NCBI GenBank assembly: GCA_964563505.1
Contig: CAZLXW010000008.1
Coordinates: forward strand, 14,935-78,934
Reading direction: 5' to 3'
Source of the DNA: an uncultured Eubacteriales bacterium
Lineage (GTDB): Bacteria; Bacillota; Clostridia; Lachnospirales; Vallitaleaceae
Length of the DNA stretch: 64,000 nucleotides
The notes beneath the pieces were generated by a model. The model saw only the letters and a list, made by a program, of their open reading frames with translations, was not told the DNA's origin and did no database searches. Position numbers and translations under genes: made by a program. Of the stretch, positions 1-9,453 are shown piece after piece (the first letter of the stretch is position 1; every line of letters starts with the position of its first letter).

Positions 1-682
1 AGCAATTATTCATGAAGAAGTGTGTATCGAATGTGGTCAGTGTCAAAGTCAATGCAGATTTGATGCAATTACATACAATCAATTCAATGAAACGTATCAA
101 GTTAATCTTAATGCCTGCGAAGGCTGTGGTGTATGTGAATTGATTTGTCCGGTAGATGCCATACATTTAGAATCTCTTGTGGATGGACAAATGCTGCTAT
201 ATAAAGATGAACGTGTTTTTTCCACTGCAAAGTTAAAAATGGGAAGTGGAACATCAGGAATGTTAGTGACCCGGGTAAAAAAACAAATGATGGAAGAAGA
301 AATAGATACTAATATTGCTATCATTGATGGGTCGCCAGGGATTGGATGTCCCGTTATTGCATCAATAAGCGGTGTAGATTATGTCTTAATTGTTGCAGAA
401 CCGTCTTTATCGGGGATTAGTGATATGGAACGTATTATTTCTACAGCCTCAGGCTTTGGCGTGAAAACCTTTGTATGTGTCAATAAGTATGATGTGAATA
501 CAGAATATACAGATAAAATTGAAGGATATGCAAAAAGGAAGCATTTAGAGTTTGTCGGTCGTATTCCTTATGATGTAGAGGCAGTGAAGGCAATTAATCA
601 AGGAAATACAATTGTTGACATTGATTGTGCCTCAGGTCGTGCGGTGGGTCAAATTTATGAAACAATAAAAAATAAATTATAA
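1..682 (+). CDS. 4Fe-4S ferredoxin-domain / MinD-ParA-type P-loop ATPase (5' end cut by window edge)
   Basis: The reading frame is open from the window edge (same frame as track ORF 20..682). Two ferredoxin-type Cys clusters (CIECGQCQSQC and CEGCGVCELICP) are followed by a MinD/CobQ-like core (IAIIDGSPGIGCPVIAS, VAEPSLSGISD). The P-loop would lie upstream of the window. Confidence 0.75.
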   Translation, partial: AIIHEEVCIECGQCQSQCRFDAITYNQFNETYQVNLNACEGCGVCELICPVDAIHLESLVDGQMLLYKDERVFSTAKLKMGSGTSGMLVTRVKKQMMEEEIDTNIAIIDGSPGIGCPVIASISGVDYVLIVAEPSLSGISDMERIISTASGFGVKTFVCVNKYDVNTEYTDKIEGYAKRKHLEFVGRIPYDVEAVKAINQGNTIVDIDCASGRAVGQIYETIKNKL

Positions 683-694
683 TGGAGGATATAT

Positions 695-1051
695 ATGAAA
701 ATTGCAGTAGCGAGTGAAAAAAATCAGGTGACACAACATTTTGGACATTGTATTAATTTTAATATTTATGAAGAAGAGAATGGATGTATCAAAGAAGCAA
801 TATCCATTGATAACCCTGGACATCGACCTGGATTTTTGCCGAATTTTTTAAATGATTTAGGCATAAATGTAATTATTTCCGGTGGAATGGGTGGCGGAGC
901 CGTTGATATTTTCAATGAACATAATATTGAAGTCATTGTCGGTGCAAGAGGTGATGCAAGAGAAGCTGTAGAAGCATATCTTCGTGGAGATTTAGAATCC
1001 ACCGGTTCTGTGTGTCATGAACATCAACATGCTGATGAATGTGGGGAATAA
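695..1051 (+). CDS. NifB/NifX-family (dinitrogenase FeMo-cofactor-binding domain) protein
   Basis: 118 aa. MKIAVAS...VTQHFGHC...IISGGMGGGA...IEVIVGA pattern is typical of the NifX/NifB C-terminal domain family. RBS GGAGGA lies upstream and the gene starts 12 nt after the previous gene. Confidence 0.75.
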   Translation: MKIAVASEKNQVTQHFGHCINFNIYEEENGCIKEAISIDNPGHRPGFLPNFLNDLGINVIISGGMGGGAVDIFNEHNIEVIVGARGDAREAVEAYLRGDLESTGSVCHEHQHADECGE

Positions 1052-1059
1052 ATAGATTG

Positions 1060-2331
1060 TTAATCTTCGAATAACTTGATTTTAGGTTTCTTGGCACTTA
1101 TATAGGAATCAAAGGGTAGGTAATTATAGTTTAAAACAACGACAATTGTATTTCCGGATCGATTTATAATCTTAAATGAAGTCGTTGCGCATACGTCATT
1201 GCTTAGACGTGAGCGATAAGGCTTTGTGACCCAATCCGTGAGTAAGGGGTTTAATAATCGGGTGAAATATTCTTCGTTTTCATGAGAAAATCCTTTCGGA
1301 TATAAACCAAATAATTCTTTGTTGCGATTTCCAAAACTGGATTTATTAATAAATGAATCACTAATCTGAACACCTCTATCATCAAGAAAAAAACTGCTTT
1401 CAATGAAGGTGTAGTTATTTAATAAATCCTTCATCACATGGATGAGGTCTTTCGTGTCAATATGCTCAAAAATTGTTTTTAAATGACTATTGAAATTCAC
1501 AATATTAATGAGGACAGATTTCTCATCTTTTTCATATCGAGCATTGGTAATCTCAAGGGCGGATTCATAGTCAAATAAATCAATGACATGAAGTATTTGA
1601 GGATAATCAAACTCTTGTGTTGGAGAAACGTAATATCCTTGAATCATTTGAGCACCTGACCGAAGAGCTTTTTCCAAATCAACTTTTGATTCGACACCAG
1701 TAGCAATAACTAGAATTCCCATGCGATGAGCAATGCTTGTAATATGCTCAACCAAAAGTTTTGTATATTCAGAATATACTAATTTATTCAACATTTGTTG
1801 ATTAAGTTTTATAATATCGGGATTAAATAACATAATCTTATCGATATTGTTATAATTTTTTCCAATATCATCGATAGAGATATAAAAACCTTTTTTACGA
1901 TGATATTTAATAAAAAGGTGAATAAGTGGTAAATCCTCCTCTTCAATAGAAAGGTTATCAATATCGATAACAATACGATCAGTAGAAAGGCCGTATTTGT
2001 TAGCACAAGCTTCGATGTAGTTTGATTTGATTGCAGGGTTAAAAAAAGACACATTAATATTAATGTGAAGCATGACTTTTGGATTTTGCTCAGCAATCGG
2101 TTTAAATGCTTCAATAGTTTTACAGATACAAAGCTGGTCTAATTGTTCGGATAAGCCCTCTTGGTGTGCAGCTGTGAAAAGCTCTCCGGGAGATATGATT
2201 TGTTGAGTCATTGGATCAACACCACGAACAAAACTTTCCAGACTAAAACTAGAAGCGTCCATTGGCAGTAAAATAACCTGGAAAAATATTTTTACTGAAT
2301 GCGTTTGTATTATTTGCCTTATATTTATCAT
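1060..2331 (-). CDS. EAL-domain protein with C-terminal sensor-like domain (YkuI-like architecture)
   Basis: EAL-domain landmarks appear in order: ESFVR, NINV, IDDIG, KLN, TGVES, QGYYVSP. A roughly 170-aa C-terminal domain follows. Several catalytic positions are substituted (see finding). Confidence 0.7.
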   Translation of the reverse strand: MINIRQIIQTHSVKIFFQVILLPMDASSFSLESFVRGVDPMTQQIISPGELFTAAHQEGLSEQLDQLCICKTIEAFKPIAEQNPKVMLHININVSFFNPAIKSNYIEACANKYGLSTDRIVIDIDNLSIEEEDLPLIHLFIKYHRKKGFYISIDDIGKNYNNIDKIMLFNPDIIKLNQQMLNKLVYSEYTKLLVEHITSIAHRMGILVIATGVESKVDLEKALRSGAQMIQGYYVSPTQEFDYPQILHVIDLFDYESALEITNARYEKDEKSVLINIVNFNSHLKTIFEHIDTKDLIHVMKDLLNNYTFIESSFFLDDRGVQISDSFINKSSFGNRNKELFGLYPKGFSHENEEYFTRLLNPLLTDWVTKPYRSRLSNDVCATTSFKIINRSGNTIVVVLNYNYLPFDSYISAKKPKIKLFED

Positions 2332-2453
2332 CGCCTGTTATACTCCCATTTATAATTTGCCTTGTTAATATTGTAACATTACAAAGTCAAAACATAAAGA
2401 CATTTATTTTAAAAAAAATATGGTTTATAGTAAGAAGATAAAGGGGGCATATT

Positions 2454-4037
2454 ATGTTAAAAGTTTTTTTGGTTGAAGATGAAAAAATTATGCGAGAAGG
2501 GATTAAAGAGAATATTAATTGGACAAAAGAAGGTTATTTATTTTCAGGAGAAGCTCAAGACGGAGAGCTAGCATATCCAATGATTAGAGATATTCAACCG
2601 GATATTGTAATCACCGATATTAAAATGCCGTTTATGGATGGATTAGAACTCTCAAAGTTAATAAAAAAAAACATGCCATGGATAAAAATTATTATTCTGA
2701 GTGGATTTGATGAATTTGAATTCGCAAAAGAAGCTATTAATATTGGGGTTACAGAATATTTGCTAAAACCCATTGACCGTCAAGAATTGCTTAAAGCAAT
2801 TAAACGTGTTTCGGATATGATCTATGAAGAGAAGGCAAAAGAAGACTATTATAATAAAATCCATGAAGAAACAGCAATTAACCAAGCGCTGTTTAAAAAA
2901 GAATTTTTCAATAAAATGTTATCCGGTAAATTAGGGGCAGCAGAAATACTGGAAGAAGGAAAAAAATTAAATATTGATCTAAGCGGACAATATTACCAAA
3001 TACTTCTTCTACACATTGATGGGTATGGGATGAGCAAACAAAGCCTTCATCAGGAAAATGAAGAAATCATATGCTTAGATCGAGATTTGGAAGGATATGG
3101 CTTTATTATAAAAGCTCTCGACGTTCATCAATTAAAAAAATATAGGGACGAATTTATAAAAAATAGTGTCCAAAGCTTGGAGACCCAGAATGTCCGTTAT
3201 TTTATCGGCATTGGAGATGAGGTCAATCGATTAAGTCAATTACCTAAGGCCTTTGAGAGTGCAAAGCGTGTGTTTGCATATCGCTACCTTTTAAATGAGA
3301 ATAAAGTGATGGAGAGTTCTCAATGTGAGGAAAATAATACATACGCTGAGACAATTATTGATATTGACCAATTAAAGCCGGAAGAATTTAATAATCAGAG
3401 TATTGAAAAGTTTTTAAAAATAGGTTCAGCAGATGAAGTTGATGCATACTTGAATCGGTATTTTGAATGCATTGGTAGTAAAAATTTAAGCTCATTGATG
3501 TTTCGACAATATATTGCCATGAATATATACATTTTAGTTGTAACCTTTCTTGATGAATTAGGGTATGATCGTAAAAAAATCGAAAGTGTATGTGAAGAAA
3601 TAAGTGGTGCCCAGATTAAGATGAAACAATTAGATACAATGAAAGAATATGTAAAAGGATTAATCAAAAATGCTGTTCAACTAAGAGACGCGATTACCAC
3701 GCAAAAATATACACAAATAATTGAAAAGGCAAAAGAATATATTCAGGAAAAATACAATGATGAATTTATCTCTTTAAACTCAGCAGCCAATCATGTCAAT
3801 ATGAGTCCGAGCCATTTTAGCGTCATCTTTAGCAAAGAAACTGAAAAAACGTTCACAGAATATTTGACGGAAGTCCGTATGGATAAGGCGAAGGAATTAT
3901 TACGTTGTACATCGATGAAAACATCGGATATTTGTTTTGAAGTCGGTTATAAAAACCCACAATACTTTAGTTATATTTTCAAAAAAATAAATCACTATAC
4001 ACCAAGAGATTATAAGCAATTGGGGAGGGAAGACTAG
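2454..4037 (+). CDS. Response regulator with AraC-type HTH output (YesN-like)
   Basis: N-terminal receiver domain (VEDEKIMREGI, ITDIKMPFMDG, KP) and C-terminal AraC/XylS HTH (SPSHFSVIFSKETEKTFTEYL...GYKNPQYFSYIFKK). Confidence 0.9.
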   Translation: MLKVFLVEDEKIMREGIKENINWTKEGYLFSGEAQDGELAYPMIRDIQPDIVITDIKMPFMDGLELSKLIKKNMPWIKIIILSGFDEFEFAKEAINIGVTEYLLKPIDRQELLKAIKRVSDMIYEEKAKEDYYNKIHEETAINQALFKKEFFNKMLSGKLGAAEILEEGKKLNIDLSGQYYQILLLHIDGYGMSKQSLHQENEEIICLDRDLEGYGFIIKALDVHQLKKYRDEFIKNSVQSLETQNVRYFIGIGDEVNRLSQLPKAFESAKRVFAYRYLLNENKVMESSQCEENNTYAETIIDIDQLKPEEFNNQSIEKFLKIGSADEVDAYLNRYFECIGSKNLSSLMFRQYIAMNIYILVVTFLDELGYDRKKIESVCEEISGAQIKMKQLDTMKEYVKGLIKNAVQLRDAITTQKYTQIIEKAKEYIQEKYNDEFISLNSAANHVNMSPSHFSVIFSKETEKTFTEYLTEVRMDKAKELLRCTSMKTSDICFEVGYKNPQYFSYIFKKINHYTPRDYKQLGRED

Positions 4038-4038
4038 C

Positions 4039-5514
4039 ATGTCTTTATTCGTGAATAAACTTAACGGATCTTTACAGGATAAGCTTCGAATATTCCTTTA
4101 TGTCATTCTCGTTCCCTTAGCCATTCTTATGATGGTTTTGTTTGTTTCCATGATTCGTTTTAGTAATCGTTATGATACGATTGTGACCAATATTACTCGT
4201 GCAAATGACTATAATCTGTCCTTTAAAGAGTCTATCGATTATACAATGTATCGAATTGTTATTGGTTCAGCTGATTTTGAAAGTTTTGATGAGGAAGAGG
4301 GGATTAGAGATCCTTATGCTTTAATTGATAATGCAGAACGAACCTTCATTAATTTGCGTGCAATCGCAAGCACCGATAAAAGTGAAAAACGTATAAGTAA
4401 TGTCATAAAACATCTAAACACCTTGGAAGAGCGCATTGATGAGATCAAAGAAAATGTTGAAAAACCTTTAGAGATCGGAACCTATGAAGAAAATATTTTC
4501 AAGTTAGAAACTAACATTTATATTTTAACAGAACTGATTCAAGAACAAATCCAAGAGTATATTTATTATGAATCAAGCAGTATGGAAACGGTGCGTCAAA
4601 AGATAAATACAGAGATTAATACTACATTAAAAGTGAGTATGATTGCGTTTGTTATTATTTTGGCGATTACCTGGTATGTCTCTCGCTTGATTGCGGAAAG
4701 TATATCAAAACCCTTGCATGAACTTAGCGAAACGACAAAACTTGTTGCAGAAGGGGATTTTAAGACAAGAGCATCGCTTAGCACAGGAGATGAAGTAACA
4801 ACACTGACCTATAATTTTAACAAAATGATTGAACAAATTGAAGGATTAATTAATGATGTCAAGGAGGAGCAAAAAAATCTTCGAGAAACAGAATTAAAAC
4901 TTCTTCAAGCGCAGATTAACCCTCATTTTTTGTATAATACACTAGATAATATTATATGGTTGATTGAAGCCAATAAAAAAGAAAATGCCATGAAGATGGT
5001 CTCTTTACTTTCAGAATTTTTTCGAACATCCCTGAATAAAGGAAAAGACATTATTACCATTGAACAAGAAGAAGCCCATGTGCGGAGTTACTTACGGATT
5101 CAACAATATCGGTATCAAGACATTTTAGACTATACCATATCTATTGATTCAGCGATTAAGCATGAAAATATTCTTAAGCTAACCCTTCAACCCCTTATAG
5201 AAAATGCAATCTATCATGGAATAAAAAATAAACGAGGAAAAGGTATGATTCACGTAAGCGGAAAACGCGACGGTGACCTTGTCGTGCTTGTGATTGAAGA
5301 CAACGGAAAAGGGATAGAAGAAGAGCGTCTTAAATATTTAAGAAATCTACTCGTACATTCTCCTAAAATGTCAGAAATCGAGGGGTTCGGGATTTTAAAT
5401 GTTAACGAACGTATTAAATTAAAATATGGAAGGAAGTACGGAATACGTATAGAAAGTCGATATGGCCATGGAACAAAAGTCACGGTAAGCTTTCCGATAA
5501 AAGGAATCGAATAA
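4039..5514 (+). CDS. Sensor histidine kinase, YesM/LytS-type (HAMP + His_kinase + HATPase_c)
   Basis: Two TM segments flank an extracytoplasmic region. HAMP, then LLQAQINPHFLYNTL (internal His-kinase motif) and IEDNGKGI...GFGILNV. The start is 2 nt after the regulator stop, with RBS GGGGAGGGA. Confidence 0.9.
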   Translation: MSLFVNKLNGSLQDKLRIFLYVILVPLAILMMVLFVSMIRFSNRYDTIVTNITRANDYNLSFKESIDYTMYRIVIGSADFESFDEEEGIRDPYALIDNAERTFINLRAIASTDKSEKRISNVIKHLNTLEERIDEIKENVEKPLEIGTYEENIFKLETNIYILTELIQEQIQEYIYYESSSMETVRQKINTEINTTLKVSMIAFVIILAITWYVSRLIAESISKPLHELSETTKLVAEGDFKTRASLSTGDEVTTLTYNFNKMIEQIEGLINDVKEEQKNLRETELKLLQAQINPHFLYNTLDNIIWLIEANKKENAMKMVSLLSEFFRTSLNKGKDIITIEQEEAHVRSYLRIQQYRYQDILDYTISIDSAIKHENILKLTLQPLIENAIYHGIKNKRGKGMIHVSGKRDGDLVVLVIEDNGKGIEEERLKYLRNLLVHSPKMSEIEGFGILNVNERIKLKYGRKYGIRIESRYGHGTKVTVSFPIKGIE

Positions 5515-5689
5515 AAACTTAAATAATTCAAATGAAATCGACATTTATTTAGTGGTTTTTATTTAATAGCGAATAAAAGGACTTAAAACATAAATAAAAC
5601 GAATGGTTGGCTGTATTTTTAGACATAGAAAATGATTAAACTATAGATGCAACAAAAAATAATACAAAGGGATTTTTAAGGAGGATTTT

Positions 5690-6766
5690 ATGAAAAAAGT
5701 ATTGGGATTAGTACTCATCTTATCAATGATTACAGTCATGTTTGTAGGGTGTGGAGAAAATGATGCGGTAGCAGACACCGGATCGAATGTGGTAGCTGAA
5801 ACATCAGACACAGAAAGCAATGATACAACATCAACAGACAGTGCAACTGAGTCAAGTGATACAGGATCAGATTCACTTGTGGTTGGTTTCTCACAAGTTG
5901 GTGCCGAATCAGATTGGCGAACAGCAAATACTGAATCGATGAAAGGGACATTCACAGAAGCTAACGGATATGAGCTTATTTTTAGTGACGCACAACAAAA
6001 GCAAGAAAATCAGATTAAAGCCGTGCGTAACTTCATCCAACAAGAAGTTGATTATATTGTGATTGCCCCTGTAACAGAAACAGGATGGGATACTGTATTG
6101 AATGAAGCATATGAAGCAGGGATTCCCGTTATTATTGTGGACCGTATGATTGATGTATCTGATGATGAGTTGTTTGAATGTTGGGTTGGCTCAAACTTTA
6201 AGCAAGAAGGCTATGATGCTGTGTCTTGGTTAGCAGGATATCTTGAAGAAAACGGTCGAACAGATGAAGACATTAATATTGTAACCTTACAAGGAACGAT
6301 TGGTTCATCTGCTCAAATAGGACGTACTGAAGGTGTCGAAGAAAAAATGGCGGATTATACTAATTGGACCATGTTAGAAAGACAATCCGGAGAATTCACA
6401 CAATCAAAAGGGCAAGAAGTTATGGAGTCCTTCCTAAAGTCCTATGATGACATTGATGTGGTTATTGCTGAGAATGATAATATGGCATTTGGAGCAATCG
6501 ATGCAATCAAAGCTGCCGGACGTACTTGCGGACCGGATGGTGAGATTACAATTATCTCCTTTGATGCTGTTCAAGCGGCATTTGCATCTATGATTGACGG
6601 TGATATGAATGTATCTGTAGAATGTAATCCACTTCATGGACCACGTGTGGATGAAATTATTCAAAAACTTGAAGCGGGGAGTTCAGTTGATAAACTTCAG
6701 TATGTTGAAGAAGGTGTATTTCCAGCAGAAACAGCAGCTGAAATCATGCCGACACGTGCATATTAA
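5690..6766 (+). CDS. Sugar ABC transporter substrate-binding lipoprotein (YtfQ-like, CUT2 family)
   Basis: Signal peptide with lipobox FVGC, an S/T/D-rich linker, then a type-I periplasmic binding fold (VGFSQVGAESDWR...IIVDR). A terminator-like hairpin follows. Confidence 0.85.
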   Translation: MKKVLGLVLILSMITVMFVGCGENDAVADTGSNVVAETSDTESNDTTSTDSATESSDTGSDSLVVGFSQVGAESDWRTANTESMKGTFTEANGYELIFSDAQQKQENQIKAVRNFIQQEVDYIVIAPVTETGWDTVLNEAYEAGIPVIIVDRMIDVSDDELFECWVGSNFKQEGYDAVSWLAGYLEENGRTDEDINIVTLQGTIGSSAQIGRTEGVEEKMADYTNWTMLERQSGEFTQSKGQEVMESFLKSYDDIDVVIAENDNMAFGAIDAIKAAGRTCGPDGEITIISFDAVQAAFASMIDGDMNVSVECNPLHGPRVDEIIQKLEAGSSVDKLQYVEEGVFPAETAAEIMPTRAY

Positions 6767-6787
6767 GAAATCCGTAGTATGACAAAA

Positions 6788-6831
6788 GGCATAAGTATGG
6801 AATCTTCATCATCCAGGCTTATGCTTTTTTT
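6788..6831 (+). terminator. Hairpin + T-tract after the substrate-binding-protein gene (intra-operon attenuator/terminator)
   Basis: GGCATAAG ... CTTATGC stem followed by TTTTTTT. Confidence 0.6.
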
Positions 6832-6863
6832 GTTCAACAAGATCATGGAAAGGATGACATTTT

Positions 6864-8393
6864 ATGGAGCAAGAAGGCAACGTTTTACTACAGATGCGTC
6901 ATATTGATAAACATTTTCCTGGAGTTGTTGCTTTATTAGATGTAGACTTTACGTTGCGACAAGGAGAAATCCATGCACTTATGGGTGAAAATGGTGCAGG
7001 AAAGTCAACATTAATTAAAGTATTAACCGGTGTGGAAGAATTTGAAAAAGGGATAATAACTCTTGAAGGAACAAGAGGTACTTTTATTAACCGTTCACCT
7101 CAGGAAGCTCAAGAAAGAGGTATCAGTACGGTCTATCAAGAAGTCAACTTGTGTGAAAACTTATCGGTAGCCGAAAATATTTTCATAGGACGGGAACCGA
7201 AAAAAAACGGGATGATTGATTGGAAGCAAATCAATCGAAAATCAGAAGAATTATTAAATCGTTTAGATATTCATATTGATGTTACAAAAGCTCTTGAAAA
7301 CTATTCTCTCGCTCTACAGCAAATGGTTGCTATTGCAAGAGCGGTGGATATTTCAGCCAAGGTATTGATACTTGACGAGCCAACATCAAGTCTAGATGAA
7401 TCAGAAGTGGTAAAATTATTTGACCTTATGCGAAAGCTTAAGAACGATGGGATGGGAATTGTTTTTGTCACTCATTTTTTGGAACAAGTTTATGAGGTGT
7501 GTGATCGCATTACCGTTCTTAGAAATGGGGAGTTGGTTGGTGAATTTGAAGTGGATAAATTACCAAGAGTACAACTTGTTGCTAAAATGATGGGAAAAGA
7601 TTTTGATGACTTGGCAAAAATTAAACACTATAAAGAAAAAAATGATGAAAAAGAGGAGCAACGTATTGTAGAAGCAAAGCAAATCGAGCATATTGGAACG
7701 GTTAAATCCTTTTCTTTGAATATTCATGCCCATGAAGTTGTTGGATTAGCCGGATTATTAGGGTCAGGGCGTTCAGAACTTGCACGTGCACTTTATGGAG
7801 CAGACAAGCCGGATTCAGGGATGTTGAAGTTTAACGGAGAAGTAATTAAGGTGCATGCGCCTATAGATGCCATGAAAGCAGGAATGGGATATTTGCCGGA
7901 GAACAGAAAAGAAGAAGGTATTTTTGCCGATTTATCTGTACGAGAAAATATCATGATCGCGCTTCAAGTTAAAAAAGGTATGTTCAAACTTTATACAAAA
8001 AAAGAGCAAGAAAAATTTACGGACCGCTATATAGATGCATTGAAAATAAAAACTGCTGACAGAGAGACCCCGGTGAAGCAGCTAAGTGGTGGAAACCAGC
8101 AGAAAGTGATTTTAGGCCGCTGGCTATTAACGAATCCGGATTTTCTTATTCTGGATGAACCGACCCGCGGTATTGATGTCGGGACGAAAACGGAGATACA
8201 AAAACTTGTATTAAAACTAGCAAGTGATGGTAAAGCAATTATGTTTATTTCTTCTGAGATAGAGGAAATGTTAAGAACGTGTGTAAAAATGATTGTTTTA
8301 AGAGATCGGGAAATGGTAGGGACGCTTAACGAAAATGAGTTAAGTCAAGAAAATATTATGGAAATGATAGCAGGAGGTGAGGAACGTGAGTAA
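6864..8393 (+). CDS. Sugar ABC transporter ATP-binding protein (tandem ATPase, YtfR-like)
   Basis: Walker A GENGAGKST, LILDEPTSSLD, a second-half signature LSGGNQQK and ILDEPTRGIDVG. Confidence 0.92.
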   Translation: MEQEGNVLLQMRHIDKHFPGVVALLDVDFTLRQGEIHALMGENGAGKSTLIKVLTGVEEFEKGIITLEGTRGTFINRSPQEAQERGISTVYQEVNLCENLSVAENIFIGREPKKNGMIDWKQINRKSEELLNRLDIHIDVTKALENYSLALQQMVAIARAVDISAKVLILDEPTSSLDESEVVKLFDLMRKLKNDGMGIVFVTHFLEQVYEVCDRITVLRNGELVGEFEVDKLPRVQLVAKMMGKDFDDLAKIKHYKEKNDEKEEQRIVEAKQIEHIGTVKSFSLNIHAHEVVGLAGLLGSGRSELARALYGADKPDSGMLKFNGEVIKVHAPIDAMKAGMGYLPENRKEEGIFADLSVRENIMIALQVKKGMFKLYTKKEQEKFTDRYIDALKIKTADRETPVKQLSGGNQQKVILGRWLLTNPDFLILDEPTRGIDVGTKTEIQKLVLKLASDGKAIMFISSEIEEMLRTCVKMIVLRDREMVGTLNENELSQENIMEMIAGGEERE

Positions 8394-9453
8394 GATGCTT
8401 CGAGCACGAGTAAAAAAAATAACGGAAATGAAATTGTTTCTTCCCATATTATCCTTGCTACTTGTATTAATTATTAATGTGATAAAAACACCAAATTTCT
8501 TTAATATAACCATTACAAATGGTGTTTTTTATGGTTATATTATTGACATTATTAATCGTTCTTCAGAACTTGTTATTCTAGCTGTTGGAATGACTTTAGT
8601 TGTAGCTGCATCCGGAGGTGCAGATATTTCCGTTGGAGCGGTTAGTGCTGTGTCGGGAGCAGTAATTATATTTATCTTAGGTGGTGGTCAGACAAGTACT
8701 GATTTTTATCATGCGCCCTATATTTTAGGAATTGTAGCGGCAGTTTTTGTAGGTGGATTATGTGGCGTGTGGAATGGGTTTTTAGTTGCAAAGATGAAAA
8801 TACAGCCTATGGTTGCCACTCTGATTTTATTTACAGCAGGAAGAGGTATAGCTCAGTTAATTACAGGCGGTCAAATCTTATATTTACGTGTAGATCACTA
8901 TAAAGGCCTAGGAGGATTTATTCCCGGCGTGCCGTTACCGACTCCGGTCTTTGTTGCTATTTTGGTCGTTGGGTTGACGTATTTATTGCTGAAAAAAACG
9001 CCCATCGGATTATACATAGAATCTGTAGGAATAAATGCAAAAGCCTCAAGATTGGTAGGTCTTAATCCGGTTTTTATTCAATTCCTAAGTTATGTCTATA
9101 GTGGATTATGTGCAGGTATTGCAGGACTAATTATAACATCCAGGGTATATTCAATTGATGCCAATAATGCAGGGTTAAATATGGAATTAGATGCTATTTT
9201 AGCTGTTGCTTTAGGCGGTAATAAGTTATCCGGTGGAAAATTTTCACTTATTGGAAGTGTTATTGGCGCGATTACTATTCAAACGTTAACGACAACCTTA
9301 TATGCAATGAAAGTATCTGCTGATCAACTTCCGGTCTACAAGGCGATTGTTGTTGTTATTATTGTTGCATTACAATCCTCAGAGCTTAAACGTATGGTAC
9401 GAAACCTACGCGCTAAATTAATGACAAATACGACTGAGAAGGAGGCGGCATAA
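8377..9453 (+). CDS. Sugar ABC transporter permease (YtfT-like)
   Basis: Polytopic BPD_transp_2-type permease. The track start is GTG 8377. GTG 8386 or ATG 8395 sit better behind AGGAGG at 8372-8377. Confidence 0.85.
   Translation: MRNVSKMLRARVKKITEMKLFLPILSLLLVLIINVIKTPNFFNITITNGVFYGYIIDIINRSSELVILAVGMTLVVAASGGADISVGAVSAVSGAVIIFILGGGQTSTDFYHAPYILGIVAAVFVGGLCGVWNGFLVAKMKIQPMVATLILFTAGRGIAQLITGGQILYLRVDHYKGLGGFIPGVPLPTPVFVAILVVGLTYLLLKKTPIGLYIESVGINAKASRLVGLNPVFIQFLSYVYSGLCAGIAGLIITSRVYSIDANNAGLNMELDAILAVALGGNKLSGGKFSLIGSVIGAITIQTLTTTLYAMKVSADQLPVYKAIVVVIIVALQSSELKRMVRNLRAKLMTNTTEKEAA

Noticed and set aside
2371-2384. A TTGTAA-ca-TTACAA palindrome in the divergent EAL / response-regulator intergenic region, as a possible operator.
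   Set aside because: It is a short AT-rich 6-2-6 repeat that matches no known regulator consensus, and this is the only copy in the window. The evidence is insufficient.
5641-5955. Antisense ORFs (104 aa and 71 aa) and repetitive-looking DNA over the start of the binding-protein gene. I considered a small gene or a repeat array.
   Set aside because: The repetitiveness is the S/T/D-rich lipoprotein tether encoded on the + strand. The antisense frames are shadows of a biased-composition region and have no RBS.
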